The translations under genes and the position numbers were made by a program. From positions 62,001-126,000 of the forward strand of contig NMRA01000458.1 in NCBI GenBank assembly GCA_002633005.1: 64,000 nucleotides of DNA, written 5' to 3'. Shown here piece by piece: positions 13,314-26,200 of this stretch. The stretch is from Phoronis australis (Eukaryota; Animalia; Phoronida). Below the pieces are notes generated by a model, which saw only the letters and a program-made list of their open reading frames with translations, searched no databases and was not told the origin of the DNA. Within the stretch, counting starts at the first letter, position 1. Every line of letters begins with the position of its first letter.

Positions 13314-13814
13314 ATGGACTTGGATACACGTCGACGGTCCAGACACGGACCGATGTTAGTTCACAACGCTGCTGTAAAATCTAGCCAGAGCTCCGGTATG
13401 CTGAAGGTTCCAAGTTCGGCTGGCAGCCGCCGGCCATCAGTGAAAATGCCAATAAAGATGCTAAACACATACAGCATCGAACCGAAAGACGGAGAAAAAT
13501 TCTGTTTCAGTCAAGCGAAAGAAGTCCTTGAAAATTTGTTGAGGCAATATGCGGACTCGTTTGAATCTGACTGTCCGCGAAAGACTCAGGAGATATGTAA
13601 TGAAATTAAAGACGCTGTAAAAAGTAAGTTAACAATTCCGAGGTATAAAATTGTGTGCGTTGTTTTAGTTTGCGAAGGAATTGGCACTCGGCCTGGACTA
13701 CAGTTTTCCAGCCGATGTCTTTGGAATGAAAAAACGGATAGTTACGCAACAGTGACAGTTGCCGGAAAGTACGCAAGCGTGACTGCGACTGTGTATGCAG
13801 TATACCTGGACTGA
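13314..13814 (+). CDS. Tctex1-domain dynein light chain (TCTEX1D1/DYNLT5-like), intronless CDS, 166 aa
   Basis: NTYSIEP..F....KEVLENLL, EIKDAVKSKLTIPRYKIVCVV, SSRCLWNEKTDSYATV, ATVYAVYLD are Tctex-1 family signatures. In-frame TGA at 13290 supports the ATG at 13314. Confidence 0.92.
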   Translation: MDLDTRRRSRHGPMLVHNAAVKSSQSSGMLKVPSSAGSRRPSVKMPIKMLNTYSIEPKDGEKFCFSQAKEVLENLLRQYADSFESDCPRKTQEICNEIKDAVKSKLTIPRYKIVCVVLVCEGIGTRPGLQFSSRCLWNEKTDSYATVTVAGKYASVTATVYAVYLD

Positions 13815-16059
13815 AAGGACTTTACTGTACTACCCTAGAGGTTTCACCTTTGAACGAGAGTGAAAAAAATCATCACACGCTGGCGCTGGGACTCGAATAA
13901 TGTTATGTTCACAGGGAGTTCTTTGGACAGGCGATGGAAAAGTGTGTTTCTTTTAAAGGGGGAAATGGCCGCGCTTGGCTCAATTTACCTGGGCGTCATT
14001 GTACTGGTTGTTTTGAGTGATGGTTTTGAGATGGAGTGTTACGTTGATACAACGAGACAACTAGTGGATTTTTATAATCAGGCTTCCGGCACATTATACC
14101 GTGAGTCAGCTGCCGGTGAACATTATATCGGTCATTCCTTTTAATTTTATTTACGTCGATAACGGAAAGAGCACAGTCACACCGACAATTCTCTCGAAGA
14201 CGCATGAACCTATCAGATATACTCTAGCTGGTTGTGGGCCACTGACTTGCTTACGAGAGCGTTTTGGCATTTGATGCTACTTCTAGTTCTGTGCTTGCAT
14301 GTTCTGTTTAATGGGTGATAAGAACACAATTTCTAGTAAAGATTTTAAAATAGGAAAGTGATTGCAATAATAAAACAAGAAGCAAAATAAAATATTTTGG
14401 ACTTTCTTCAGAATCAGCTATACGTTTTTATCACAGGAGACTACTTTATAATAGTCGTCGATTAGCATTTCGCCCTATTCTCCTGTGCTCTGTCCTCCGT
14501 TAGACGGTGATGAGCGCGAGCGTGTTCGAAGTTGTTTCTGAATGCTCAATGAGCTGTTAGCTCATTGGAATGCTGGATTAACGATCAATAGTCAAAGCCT
14601 AATAACAAAAGTGACGTTTCCGCCTCCGTTTGGCTATTCATCGAAATATATGTCGCTAAACGCTCTTTGCGATAAACATGTATTAATGGTAGTAAGACCT
14701 GCCAGCTTTTGTCAATGTATTTTTTATTAAAAATAGACGTGTTTGTAGCAGAAATTCAAACCTTTGGAAAAGCTCATAAATTATGTCAAGTTTCAATTCC
14801 CAACAACTAAAAAACAAACGAAAATGCAATGAATAACAGGATTCAGCAAACTTAAATGTTCCTGCAACATACGATCCGTTCTATTCTAGTTGGGGAATTG
14901 ATGAGGCTTACCATCAATTAGATAAGATGTAAATGAGTAAATTGCTTGTCATCAAATTTCAAAACAAGTCTTCGTTGAAATGTTTGAAGTTTTGTTTGTA
15001 GTCGAAATACCTCGATGACTTATTAAAAACCTTTGGGCTACTTTTAGCTCACGTATCATAGACACGTCGCGTAAGTTGTCTGTAAGTATTAATGTGCACG
15101 TACCGAAGTATACGTAAGGTTTTATGACGTTTGAAGCGTAAGAAGCACACATTCGGTAAAGTCCCGCGTGATATACATAGATGTCACTCTCTTATAACTT
15201 GGTAAATGGATTCTATTGTTTCAATTCCTTCACCAAATCTCGTTTACGTACATGGAAATTCGACTGAAAACATTTTCATTGTATTATAGTTAAAAGCGTG
15301 TGTGTTTTCCATTAAAAAAAATTAAAAACCTGAAATAGTTCGCGGATTTGGTCAAAAAGGCATAGTTGTTTCTGGGCTGAGTTACACAGACGCAAGAATC
15401 TCGAGAGAGACGCTAGTGTTATCAAGTGTTTCGCTTGCAATAAATGGCGATATTTCGATAAGTCTTGCACGATATTGCGAGGTTCTCACGTCTAGGGTAT
15501 GTAGCCTGGACTGCGCACCTACTCAATTTGAAGCCTGTGGTTCACTGGCGTAGTAGTTGAATAAAACACCCAAAGTTGAGCAGAATTGCACGTTGCACGA
15601 CCACACTTCAGCAGATGTTCGGAGTTTATCAACAACAATATTTCGATTACGTCATGTGAATGTGGTTTTCTTTTGCATTTAGTTTCGTAAAAATCTGCGA
15701 GGTAGTGACCCTGGACTTCCCGGCAAGTAGAACCATCGGTCCTTCAAGTACCATTTACGGTGGCATTGTACAGTTTGAGTGTAGACGCGCACAAGGTGCT
15801 ACTGTACAGTTAGACTGTAGGCGCGCACAATTCTGCACCTCGTGGAATAGCTCAGGTTTGGCTGCAAGTTTGTCATGAAAAGTTTTTTTAAGGAGATAAT
15901 GCCGATTTTAAAACGAAGCAATACGCATGGTACCACTGAATAACAAGGTTACAAATTATTTTGGCGAACTCAATTAATTTTGTCATAGAAGTATTGTGTA
16001 AATCGCTGGTCCTATGTACATGGGTGACACAGCGCAAACTAGAGCAACTGTACTAACAA

Positions 16060-17500
16060 GAGCGCCCACCGTGTGAATGGTATACCCATTTCCACTAAAC
16101 CGAGCACTGCTATTAAACCTGATAATTATTTCTCGAGGGAGTCACCTTTCATCATGATTCTTCAAGAAATTTGCTTAAGTTTTAAGGAACTCGATTCAAA
16201 GTTTTTCAAATTTGTATGGGACAATAAGGTAGAAAAAAATAAAAGAAACTTCTTGGTTAGCAAGATTGAAGCAGGTAGATTTAAAATGTTAAATATTATG
16301 ATATTCAACAAAGCTCTGAAGTTGACTTGGTTTAAAAGATAGGTTTCTACAAATTCTAAATGAGTAAACATGTTTGAAATCGAGACGGCTTTAGAAACCA
16401 GGAAATGTATCGTTTATGGTAACGATTGCAACAAAAGCAAACCGGGTATTAAAAACCTTTTTCTGGATTTAAACACTTGATTTTTGGTCAAGCCTAATTT
16501 ACAAAGAAACTAATTGTTTTTGTAATGCAGAAAACGTGTAATCCTCAAGTTTGTGGTATAGCAGTGAAACAAGTTGGAGACAAGACCACATCTTCTATTA
16601 TTAATGACCTCTTGAATGAGCACAATTATTGTTTTTGCTCATACTGTGAAATCAACAGAACGTTTTTGCTCAGATCCAATTTTAGAGTATACTTCAATGA
16701 TTAAATCTGTTCAATCATTTATGGTTACGTTATCTGCAGATTTTGATCTGTTGCATGAGACCATTGGTCCGTTGATGCCATTCAATATGTTTGATATTGT
16801 TAACAGTTCAGACTCTAAATCTTTTTACAAATTACTATGCAGAAATCCACATCATGTTGTTCCAACAGCTCAAGCTAGGTTTGTTGAAAAAAGGTTGCTT
16901 TTGAGGAAGAGTCCTGGAAAATGTATTGTTCTCTACCTTTTGAATGTTCCTTAGACACTTAATTGATACGTTTGCAATACAAAGTTCTACATAGAATTCT
17001 GGTAATCAATAGTTTTTTTTTTTGTATAAAATTGAGATATTTGACTCTGACAAATGTTCATTTTGTAAAGTTGAGACTGAAACTCTAGAACACGATTTTA
17101 TGACTGCAAAACAGTTTGACATTTTCTGTCAGAAAAAGAAATCCGTGTGCCGCTCTAAAGAGGAAATTTTAATTTTCATATTACCAAAAGAGAACTACTT
17201 TTTGGTAATATTTCCGAAACAAAAAGTTCAATTATCAAACAATATTCAAGGTTTTGATGCCAAATATTTTTGATTTCATTGGAATGTTGAAATTTGAATT
17301 CAACTGTCAGAAATGTCTGCTTTTGAAAAATGTTTTTACCAAAGAATATAGTAAGCATTGGACACCATTATCCCATGTCTTCTCTGGAGAGCATACGTGA
17401 TTAGTTAAAAACAACTTGGTGTGCATGTAAGTATGGTTGTGTGTATGAATGTTCTTTCCTTTCATGTATACGCGCTGTATATAAATTTTGTGAATTTAAC
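16060..17500 (+). mobile_element. Decayed L1/Tx1-clade LINE, ORF2 3' portion
   Basis: FFKFVWDNKVEK..AGRFKMLNIMIFNKALKLTW, SKSFYKLL, QYKVLHRIL, CSFCKVETETLEH (zf-RVT); many stops and frameshifts. Confidence 0.8.
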
Positions 17501-20500
17501 CATTGAAAAAAGATATTTGGAGGATGAGAAAACAAAGGCCAAATGACACAAAACCAATAGAAAACCACTAGGATCGCAACGTTGGCCAAATAAAACCGAA
17601 ACAGGGCAGGTGCTGATTGTCTAACCTATCTGCCAAAGGAACTTGGTTCGTATCAAGAAAAACAAAATTGCCACTACTAGGCGACTCTGCAGTATTCAGA
17701 TTCGTTACTTGTGCTCTTCTCACATGACAAATTTCAGGAAGATCCATCAAGGAACTTGTTATAAGCAATAGGCAAAAAATTAACTTGGCACAAGTGGGCG
17801 TCGCCAGCCATGCACTTCCCAAAAAGTACACAAATGCCAATTTTCATAACGATCGTTAACGTGATTAGGCTGATAAAGAGATATATATCAAAAACAATAC
17901 ATGGAATACATTAAAAAATTGGAAAGTGTTTTTAAAAGGCTCTCGCATTCGATTTTCCTAATGTTGATGCGCGTGGTCATAAAAGAATAAAAAAGCAACA
18001 GAAAAAAATATATTACTTTTCTGGGCACTATAAAATTAAACAGTCGATGAAACAGTTTTAGGGCCGATATTCAAGATTAGGCCGAAGCCTAGATTATACG
18101 CGAACCATTCTTGAATGTGACGCCCCGGACATGGCCGCATACCGTTTATTATTTAAAATATTCTAAGTTCGTGAAGGTTATAAGCTCGCATAATATGTCG
18201 AGACATAGTGCATGTGCACTCAATTGGCAATTTAAATTTTAATCACTGACTGTAATTCAAAAATGTTGACATTTTCTTTGAAATGCATTATTGCTGATAT
18301 TCATATACATGTAGGTGTATTGGCCGTATACATTTACGGAATTGAAATCAAACGTGTTTCCTTCCATTATCCCGTACGTGACTTTAAAAGGGGATTGAGC
18401 ACACCAAAATGTCGGGAAAATACGTTTAGAATGCCAACCCCTCTTTAGTAAAATTACTCGTTTTGCCACAAAACGTGTTCCCATAAATTCATCATGTTCT
18501 ACAGTTGGCATTACTTCTCGTACTTTTCCAAAATTTATTGTGACTTGTTAGATATTCCGTTGATTCATTTAACGAAGGCGCCTGCACAGCGTGCCGAAAT
18601 AAATTAGTTGCACCATAACATTCGTCTTTCACTAGCCTGATATAAAGTGGTCTTGCGTAATCTCGCCAAACTGGCAAGAAAGTTGCTCCGTGGAACGCAC
18701 ACCAAACGATGTTTAAACAAACCGCGGTGCAGCCCTTTACTAGTTTTACTATCTCCCTGAACTGCACTTCCGGCCTGCGTGACTACATATACCGTAAATG
18801 TGCGTACTCAGACCCATAGACCAACATCCGAAATAATGCGTTCTTCATAGAAAATCCTTTGCACAGGTGTTCCTCAGATAGGCAGTCGCCTCTCTCTTGT
18901 ACATGTGCATGCCTTGAACGTGCTGTTCGTCGTCTGTTTTCTCCACTTCGGATTACATGATAATTATTGTTATGGAATTAAAGTTTACACTTTAAAAAGT
19001 GACAAATTTCATTCATGTAACGTTTTATATTGGCTGCTAGGGCTTAATAAGTGCTTTGACATGCTGACGAATACGCTTAATTATAATTAAATTTAGCCCT
19101 GCTTAACATATACTATGGTGTGTGGACCTAAAAAGGGTCAAATAAACAAGCGTTCCGTCGAAGAAACTAAATTTCATTTTAGATCACAAGGTGAGAGGTG
19201 ATTTTAATCCTGCAAAGAACTGACTGTCCCGCAATGCTCTAGACCATATCAAGCTAATAAAACAACACGCCCCGTGACAAGTCAACTTGTAGTGTCCAGT
19301 CTCAAGCAATAACGAGCTGCCAGTTCTTTTCAATCTTGCAAGTCACATTCCTTTAGCTAAGGAACAACTTGAAACTAATTTCATAATGGTTAGTGGTGTA
19401 AATGAATTTTTGCCGCCGAAGGTGGATTTATAGGCACTTTAAATATAACATCTAGACATTAACTAAATAACTTATCCAAAGCGCCTTACTGTGGCAGAGC
19501 AGTGAGCCTGCCACACTCTTGTCAGAAAACAGTAGCTCTCACACTTGCTGGCTGCTTATTGGCAGGTTTGTCAGACTTTTGGGGAGAAATTTGAAGTAAT
19601 ATTCTAACTTCCCTGTTGTTACGAAACATACCTGAGATGCGTTACGTAGAGCTAAGACATTTGCTCCAAAGACGGAGGATACGACTGATAAAGCGGAAGA
19701 ATTTATACACCAGCCGGTGTCAAAAGGCTAGAATAAATCAGCGAAATTAACCTAATTAAGCAAAGGGAGGGATTGACAATGGGATGTATTCCTATGTTTT
19801 TTTAGTCAATGAATCACTATATGTAGCAGATGGTGAGTTTTTGTTCACTACATCTTAGTCGGGATCATGCAGAAGACGTTTCCCCCCTCTCATTATTCTA
19901 CAATATGAAAAGTCGCCTATTCAATTAAATTGAATCCACCTGAACAGTGGTACTTGCAGGAAATACAGTCAATAAATATTTTGAAGGGACTGAATCATCC
20001 CCTGGAGAAAAGTACACGCATTACTTTCTGCTTTACTGCAGGGGTATTGTACTCTCGGCCAAATGTAAGGATTTAAAGTTTATGGCAAAATGGGATCCAG
20101 CAAACCTGTCGGTAGCACCGCATCTGTAAAAGCTTATAATATACAGGCTAGGTGTTACGCTGGGCCTCGTTTATCTTAGCCAATGTATTATACTGTCCTT
20201 CATTTTGAGAAAGATTTGAGAGTAACAAAATGTAATTACTTATTTTGACATTTTTGTTTAATTTCCAACAGCAAAATTTTACAAAATATCTATTATCATA
20301 CACACAAAAAATGTTTTGATACATTAAAAACATTTTAACGCATCATTTTAGTTGTGGCCTCCTATCACGAGTACCGGTTGCGCTGCTTTGGTGTACAGTC
20401 ATAGCTATTTATAAACCAAACAAAAAGCTAAACAGTCCTAAACAGCGAAAACGGGGCTAATGTCGACGATTTGTTTAATAAAACTTGTATGCTTTTCCAG

Positions 20501-21458
20501 AACACAAAACACATCAACGAACTATGCCAAACTTGTTAAAGCGTTGTTTTCATTTGGACGACTATTCTTCTTTGACTTCCAACGTGTCGCCATTGAAAGT
20601 ATTGTTCGCGTGCTCACCAGGGGGAGCAACTTGGGTTTCTTTTGACTAGTGGGACGTTGCCATTCAATATTTTAGAACGCTTGCAATGAGTCTTTGTTTG
20701 ATATGGTCCAAAAACAACATCACGCTTTCTTAGCCACAATATCATATTAGGGCAAACAGACGAATGTGATTCATACGAGTGTTTAACTTATGCATAAGCT
20801 TTACCAGGATTCGCAACCTGGATACTCTATAATCGCTTGGTCTTGGGACTGAACATGCCATGCTATCGAGAAAAAAAGAGTGTGCGCCAAAGACAGACGG
20901 TATTTTTAAAGGTAAGATGGACAACTACACAGACGCAGACTGTTTAGACCATAAAATAAGACAATAAACCCAATGACAAGTTGTGGTCAGTCAACATCAT
21001 CCACAGGAGATGTTTGGCACAATAATCTATGGTTATACACTTAGTTTTCATACACGTTAGATTTCAGATCCGCAAAATCCGCATCAGACATGGTAGTAAC
21101 CTTGGCTTCAAAATGTGAAAAACTAATATACAAAGATCTCAAAAACTCTCAGGCTTGGTGCACCAGCTGGAAAGTTCAAGTTCAAGCGCCCGACAAGTTA
21201 AGGATGTTAGAGGAAGGAGCCTGGAGTTCGTTCAGTTTGTATGGAATATTAACATTTTGTGTCTGGGTGTACAGTTTACGTACGCAGCTCTTGGGATTTG
21301 TACCGCGTGTTTGGAGTCCGGTGGTCTGGCACTGGCGTTTAGAGGATAGTCAAGATGGAATAATGGTAGAGGCACAGCAATGGAATTTGGTTCCAGTCCT
21401 TGTTAGACTACATCTGGACAGATATATGTAGCTTAAACGCACATAGATTGCGGTGGCT

Positions 21459-21665
21459 CATGCGCGTACCCAAGGGGGGCTCAGAGGGCTCAAACGAGTC
21501 CCCCATTCGCTGAAGTGGGCAAAAGTCCACTAAAAAGGCAGAAATTACCAAAATTCGGCGAATGCACAATTCATAGCTCTGAACGTACCCCCTGAACCTT
21601 AGTACTAAGGTCTACATTCTCAAAAATTTGAGCCCCCCCCCCCATTAGTTTTGTTGCGCGCATAT
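21459..21665. mobile_element. MITE with short TIRs
   Basis: catgcgcgtacccaagggggg ... cccccc..ttgcgcgcata. Confidence 0.5.
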
Positions 21666-21972
21666 AGCTTGCAGGAAATTTAACAGCGTTTAAACTGACA
21701 TAAACCCGCGTCTACCGCTTAACTGTTGATTTAGAACACTTAAAATTGGGGATGAATCGAAAATTCGCTTTAGCTCTTAACTATGCTCAATACATTGGCT
21801 TGTCACGGGTCTCATTTTATGCGCTGAGCAACTTCTCGCGCCGTGAAGATCAGCTAGTTCTCTCTTGGCACTTCTAAGCTAAGTAAGAAACAAGCTGATC
21901 CTCGTTTTATACAAATAAATCAAAAGTTAGTTTCTTTGATGGGATGCGAATTTGTAGTAAATTCAAATCGGA

Positions 21973-24900
21973 CTAAGATTTATAACTTTCTTCTCTAGGC
22001 GATAAAGAGTCTATCTTAGGTAAGTTCACTTGTAGACAGTTTCTTTCTTCCGGTTCTCCTTTCACCAATGAATCTGTCGGTGACTGTGTCGCTCTAACTG
22101 CCCACTCGGGAATTTCTTCTTCCTCCAGGTATTCAGTCCTATCTGCAGCTTCATCATTATCCTTTGCCTCTGTGGTCGGATGATTGCATTCCATAACTGA
22201 TTCTATCATCCGCGCTGTACTTTCACTGGCAGTGTCTGTGTTCGTAGAACCTGCGCAGTCATACTTATCAAACGTCGTGTTGGGCGGTGCCAAGTAAGCT
22301 CCTGTAGTGTTGCCACGAGTCTCGGTTCGTCTACTTCTTGACAAGAAGTATTTTCGATAATTCTCTGAAGATTTGGGGTCCTTTTCTTCAGTAACTGGAG
22401 TGTCTTCTCGCTGAGGTGTCCTCACAACTGTTCTAGACAAGGGGCGGTATTTGCCTCTTTCTTGTTTAAGAGGTCGAGACAAACTTCGCTTTGACGTGTC
22501 TTGTGTTTCTGCAGTCACAGCAATTGACACGTTCACACGAGACAAGCCAGCAGCATCATCGTCCTTCTCAGAAGACACGGGATTGCCTGTAAGAACATAC
22601 TGGTAAATATTTCGGGCCAACGAAATTTATCAGGAGGTTGCACACCACAAAGCGCGCAGATGATGTGAATTAGAATCAGACAAGTCACTGCGAATTTTAG
22701 TTTGTATGGGCCTGTATAGTCAAAGGTCGTAAGTTCGGTCGTATCTACGAGTTAGTAGGTCGTAAGCACGTCATTGTTAAAGCAACGCTGCGTTTTTAGA
22801 GGATTGAAAATGTTACATGCCACGGTAGTTTTTTATATTCAGAGCTAACGATCACCTTCACGAAAAAGTTTAAAGAAATGTGTTGATCGTGCAACCGGCT
22901 TAGCTCAGACCAGGGTAAAGTTCAGTAACGCTAGCACCTACGCTAGGTCCTCGCCAAAAAGCAAGACTGCGAGATTACCTCAGATATTGCCGAGTACACG
23001 TGATTTTTGGGTAGATCTTTCTAGCCGGGAGACAGCTACTGAACTTTACCCGGGGTTATGACCTTTGACGAAACGGGCCCCTTTATTCAGGTAAAATGCG
23101 ATACTCAGGTGCAGCGCCTAAGTGGATAACTATACCATATCAACGATTGATTCCTAGCTTTAATGCATGTTTACACAAATAATTATATTTCTGTTTAGTA
23201 ATGTTGTTCAACTGAATAAATATTCGGGTAGATTTAAATGTCGCAGTTATGCTAAGGTTATTAAGATTACTGAAGTTTTGTCATGACTTGGTAATATACT
23301 AAATGAACTCCAAATTATGGCTTAAATGTGTATTCCGTACAAAGTTAGGTGTGTCTCTTTGATTAAGTGCTCGAGTACAGTTTACGTAGATGCGTTGCTA
23401 GTTCAAGGTCGCACTCGATAAACCTTCGAGCTAAAAACTCAAGTTTAAATTCGAGGTTAAAAACTTAGACTTCAACGTATACTTTTTAACGGCGAGTTTC
23501 CAAAAACTAGTGGTGTAAGAACATGATGTCTAGTCTAAATACACTGGCACCACGTTTCAGTCAGTCATTTCTTCGGCCATCGTTAGAAGAATGAACTCGA
23601 GTATCTGGTGCACACAAGGTGAGCACTTGGATTATATTTTTCCTAGTAAATGGCGAAGCTTGAACCTGAGTCATCAGTGGCCTAGTGGTGAGAGTGCTGG
23701 ATTGGCAAGCGAGAGTTCCCAGGATCAACCCCGGCCATCTACCAGGAAAATTTTATCCGGCTAAACGACCACCATCAATGCATCATATACCCGTGCTTTT
23801 TCTTCTAAGAACGCTATAAAACCTGAATGGTCGACCGAAACGTAGTGGCAACGTAAATAGGCTAGTTGTTGGTGAAAATAGACCATGAGATTTTAGACAA
23901 GACTTTTAATGAAATAGTCATCAAATGAGAATTATAGTATAAGGTTTTCATCCATTTGATCGAGGGCAATAACGTGCCTATATTTTGAGAACCAGCTTGA
24001 TGCCCATTATTTAGTGGAGAAAACTGGTTCTCAAAATTCGGGCACGTAATATCATACCATTTACCTGATCGAGCACAGAATAATAGACTCTTATTTAAGT
24101 TTGTACTTGGTTGAACATATACATTTTAAAATAACTTGAAATTCCAGTTCTGGTTCGGAAATTAGACACCGCCGAGGCCCAGAATTACAGTGGCGTGCTT
24201 GCGAATGATTACATCATAGTTCAAAAAGTCCAATTTTACTTTACCTGTTTTCGACGAAAACCTCACGGTTAATGCCGGCATCGTGTCCACTTTTCTTGAA
24301 AAGCTTCTGCTCCTCTCATGTATCTGCTGTTTGCTGATGTAGGGTAAAGTCAATGTTTTTCTTTTGGTGGGAAAAGATTGGCCTTTGCTTTGATTTTCAA
24401 CAACTTCCGGTTTCTTAAGTGGTCTGCATCCGCAGATCCGAGGAGAAACTTTCAGTTCGTTTTTAAGTCCGTATGTGTTTCTGTATACGTTATCTGGAGC
24501 TGAACTTGTCTTCAAGAAATTAGCAGATGGTGTCCATTCATAGCATTGTAATTTTGTCAATTTAGTACCGGAATCAGTCGCTGGCGCGTTAACAGCTGCA
24601 GAAGTAAATTTATATTCTGCACTAGGTTTTCGTAAGTTTTTGCACTCGAGGAAGTTGTCAGTAAAAGTATACGAGCGGGCGATTTGCGCTTTGTTTGAAC
24701 GTGTTGCATCATGGCCAGAACTCACATTATGAAGCACAACTGGCCACGTTTTCTGGCGCAAAGTTTTCCATTCATATGTCAACTCATTATGGTACGTTAC
24801 TATGGGAACACCAAAGATATTCCGGGGACTGAAAGTGAGCTTGTGGCTACTCATCTTGGACTTTCCATGGAAGCTGGCGGGACTTGTGTTGATCGTCGAG

Positions 24901-25025
24901 CCTTCACCAATCACCGTCTTCCCCCGAACTAAAAACAGCGGTCTTGGCGTGATTGTCACGGGTGTGCTTGACTGTGGCACCCGCGAGTGATGAATGCGAG
25001 TCGAAGATTTTTGCCCAACATTCAT
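21973..25025 (-). CDS. Uncharacterised two-exon protein, about 464 aa; exons 24245-25025 and 21973-22586
   Basis: ATG at 25025 with an upstream in-frame TAA. Phase-1 donor ACAG|GTAAAG at 24245 matches phase-1 acceptor TTCTTACAG|GC at 22586. Both exons are long and open. S/T/K/R-rich then acidic; no recognised domain. Confidence 0.65.
22708..23081. mobile_element. Nested MITEs: outer 22708-23081, inner about 22913-23051
   Basis: Outer TIRs gggcctgtatagtcaaaggtcgtaa / ttatgacctttgacgaaacgggccc; inner TIRs gggtaaagttcagtaac / gctactgaactttaccc. Confidence 0.7.
23668..23880 (+). mobile_element. tRNA-derived SINE remnant
   Basis: A box TGGCCTAGTGG, a tRNA-like head and a degenerate B box (aggatcaaccccgg). 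Confidence 0.55.
23930..24095. repeat. Small palindromic MITE
   Basis: acgtgcctatattttgagaaccag ... ctggttctcaaaattcgggcacgt inverted pair. Confidence 0.55.
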
Positions 25026-26001
25026 GCTGCCTCCTTACATGGAATGCACGTCAGAAGCTTAAAATGCATTCATCAGTTTTACGAGTACCACCACTCGAAA
25101 GTACGTGACTTATCCAGGTGCCGTTTACAAAAATGCCAGTTAGTGACAGTGCACTTCCGGTGCCTCAGATACGGACACAGTGAACTGATCCGTCACTAGC
25201 GACACTCTTTCGCGTTCAACTCAGGAGTTGAAACAACAGGTTCCAGTGCTAACGTCATCTCTGAACTCATTCGGAGAAAATCTTGTAATTTCCGTCGGCG
25301 AATTGACTGAAGTTCTGGAAACTTCTCCAATTTCCTGACCACCTCTGCATGAAATGCCTGTTGCTTGTTCGAATGTTCCTATCATACGCTACCGTCTAGT
25401 TGAAGTCATTCTTTTAAAAGCTGCATGTATCTTGCAAATGGCACAGTTTTCCACAATGTTAATGTCGAGTCATTAACTCCAGTAAAGCTTAATATCCTTG
25501 CAACAAAACGTCTGGTGAAAAGAGCCACTCAAGCGGCCGGGTTAATCTTAGCAACGAGATTCTAATGCCTCCCATTTATTGACAGTGTGGTTTCATTTGA
25601 TACGATATTTGTTGTGATTTCTACGAGTTGTGTACTTTTGATGAAAAGAATTTTGCACAAAGAACACAACCATCTCGCTGTTCAAATACGAGTGAGACGA
25701 TGCGAACACTAGAAATAGTGGCCCATGCGGGGAATGTTTGACAACATGAAGGTACCGGTAAATGCAGTCTGGTTGATACAGGCTATTTCGACATCGATGC
25801 GTGTTCACAAGTTGTTGTCACTGCTTAAATAACTTTAGTAAACTGATTTGCCTTCAGAACATCATTTCTCAAGTCATGCCGTAGCTGTAATAAGGAACAG
25901 CTTACCAGCCTTATGCCGAAAAGAAATGTTCGCATTACTCCCCTAAAACAGTATGCCGGCGGCGTATGATCTTTCTGATGTGTCCGAATGCAGCCCCCTC
26001 C

Positions 26002-26200
26002 CAGAGGTCTGTTTCATGAAAAGTGACTTAAGACTGATAGAAATTTGTTCTTACGCTCCACGTAACAATTTCTAAAAAATTGACTCGCTTTAAAAAATAA
26101 TATTGTATCTGAGAATGTACCCATAACTGAGAACCTTTATTTGCCAACTATGAAGTGAGAGCATAAGAATTGAGTTGTCACTTCCATGAAACTGACCTCA
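26002..26200. mobile_element. MITE with ~24-bp TIRs
   Basis: gaggtctgtttcatgaaaagtgac / gtcacttccatgaaactgacctc. Confidence 0.65.

Noticed and set aside
21090-21431. 113-aa Trp-rich plus-strand ORF
   Set aside because: No motif or splice support; it lies just downstream of the minus-strand gene and is probably its 3' UTR or chance.
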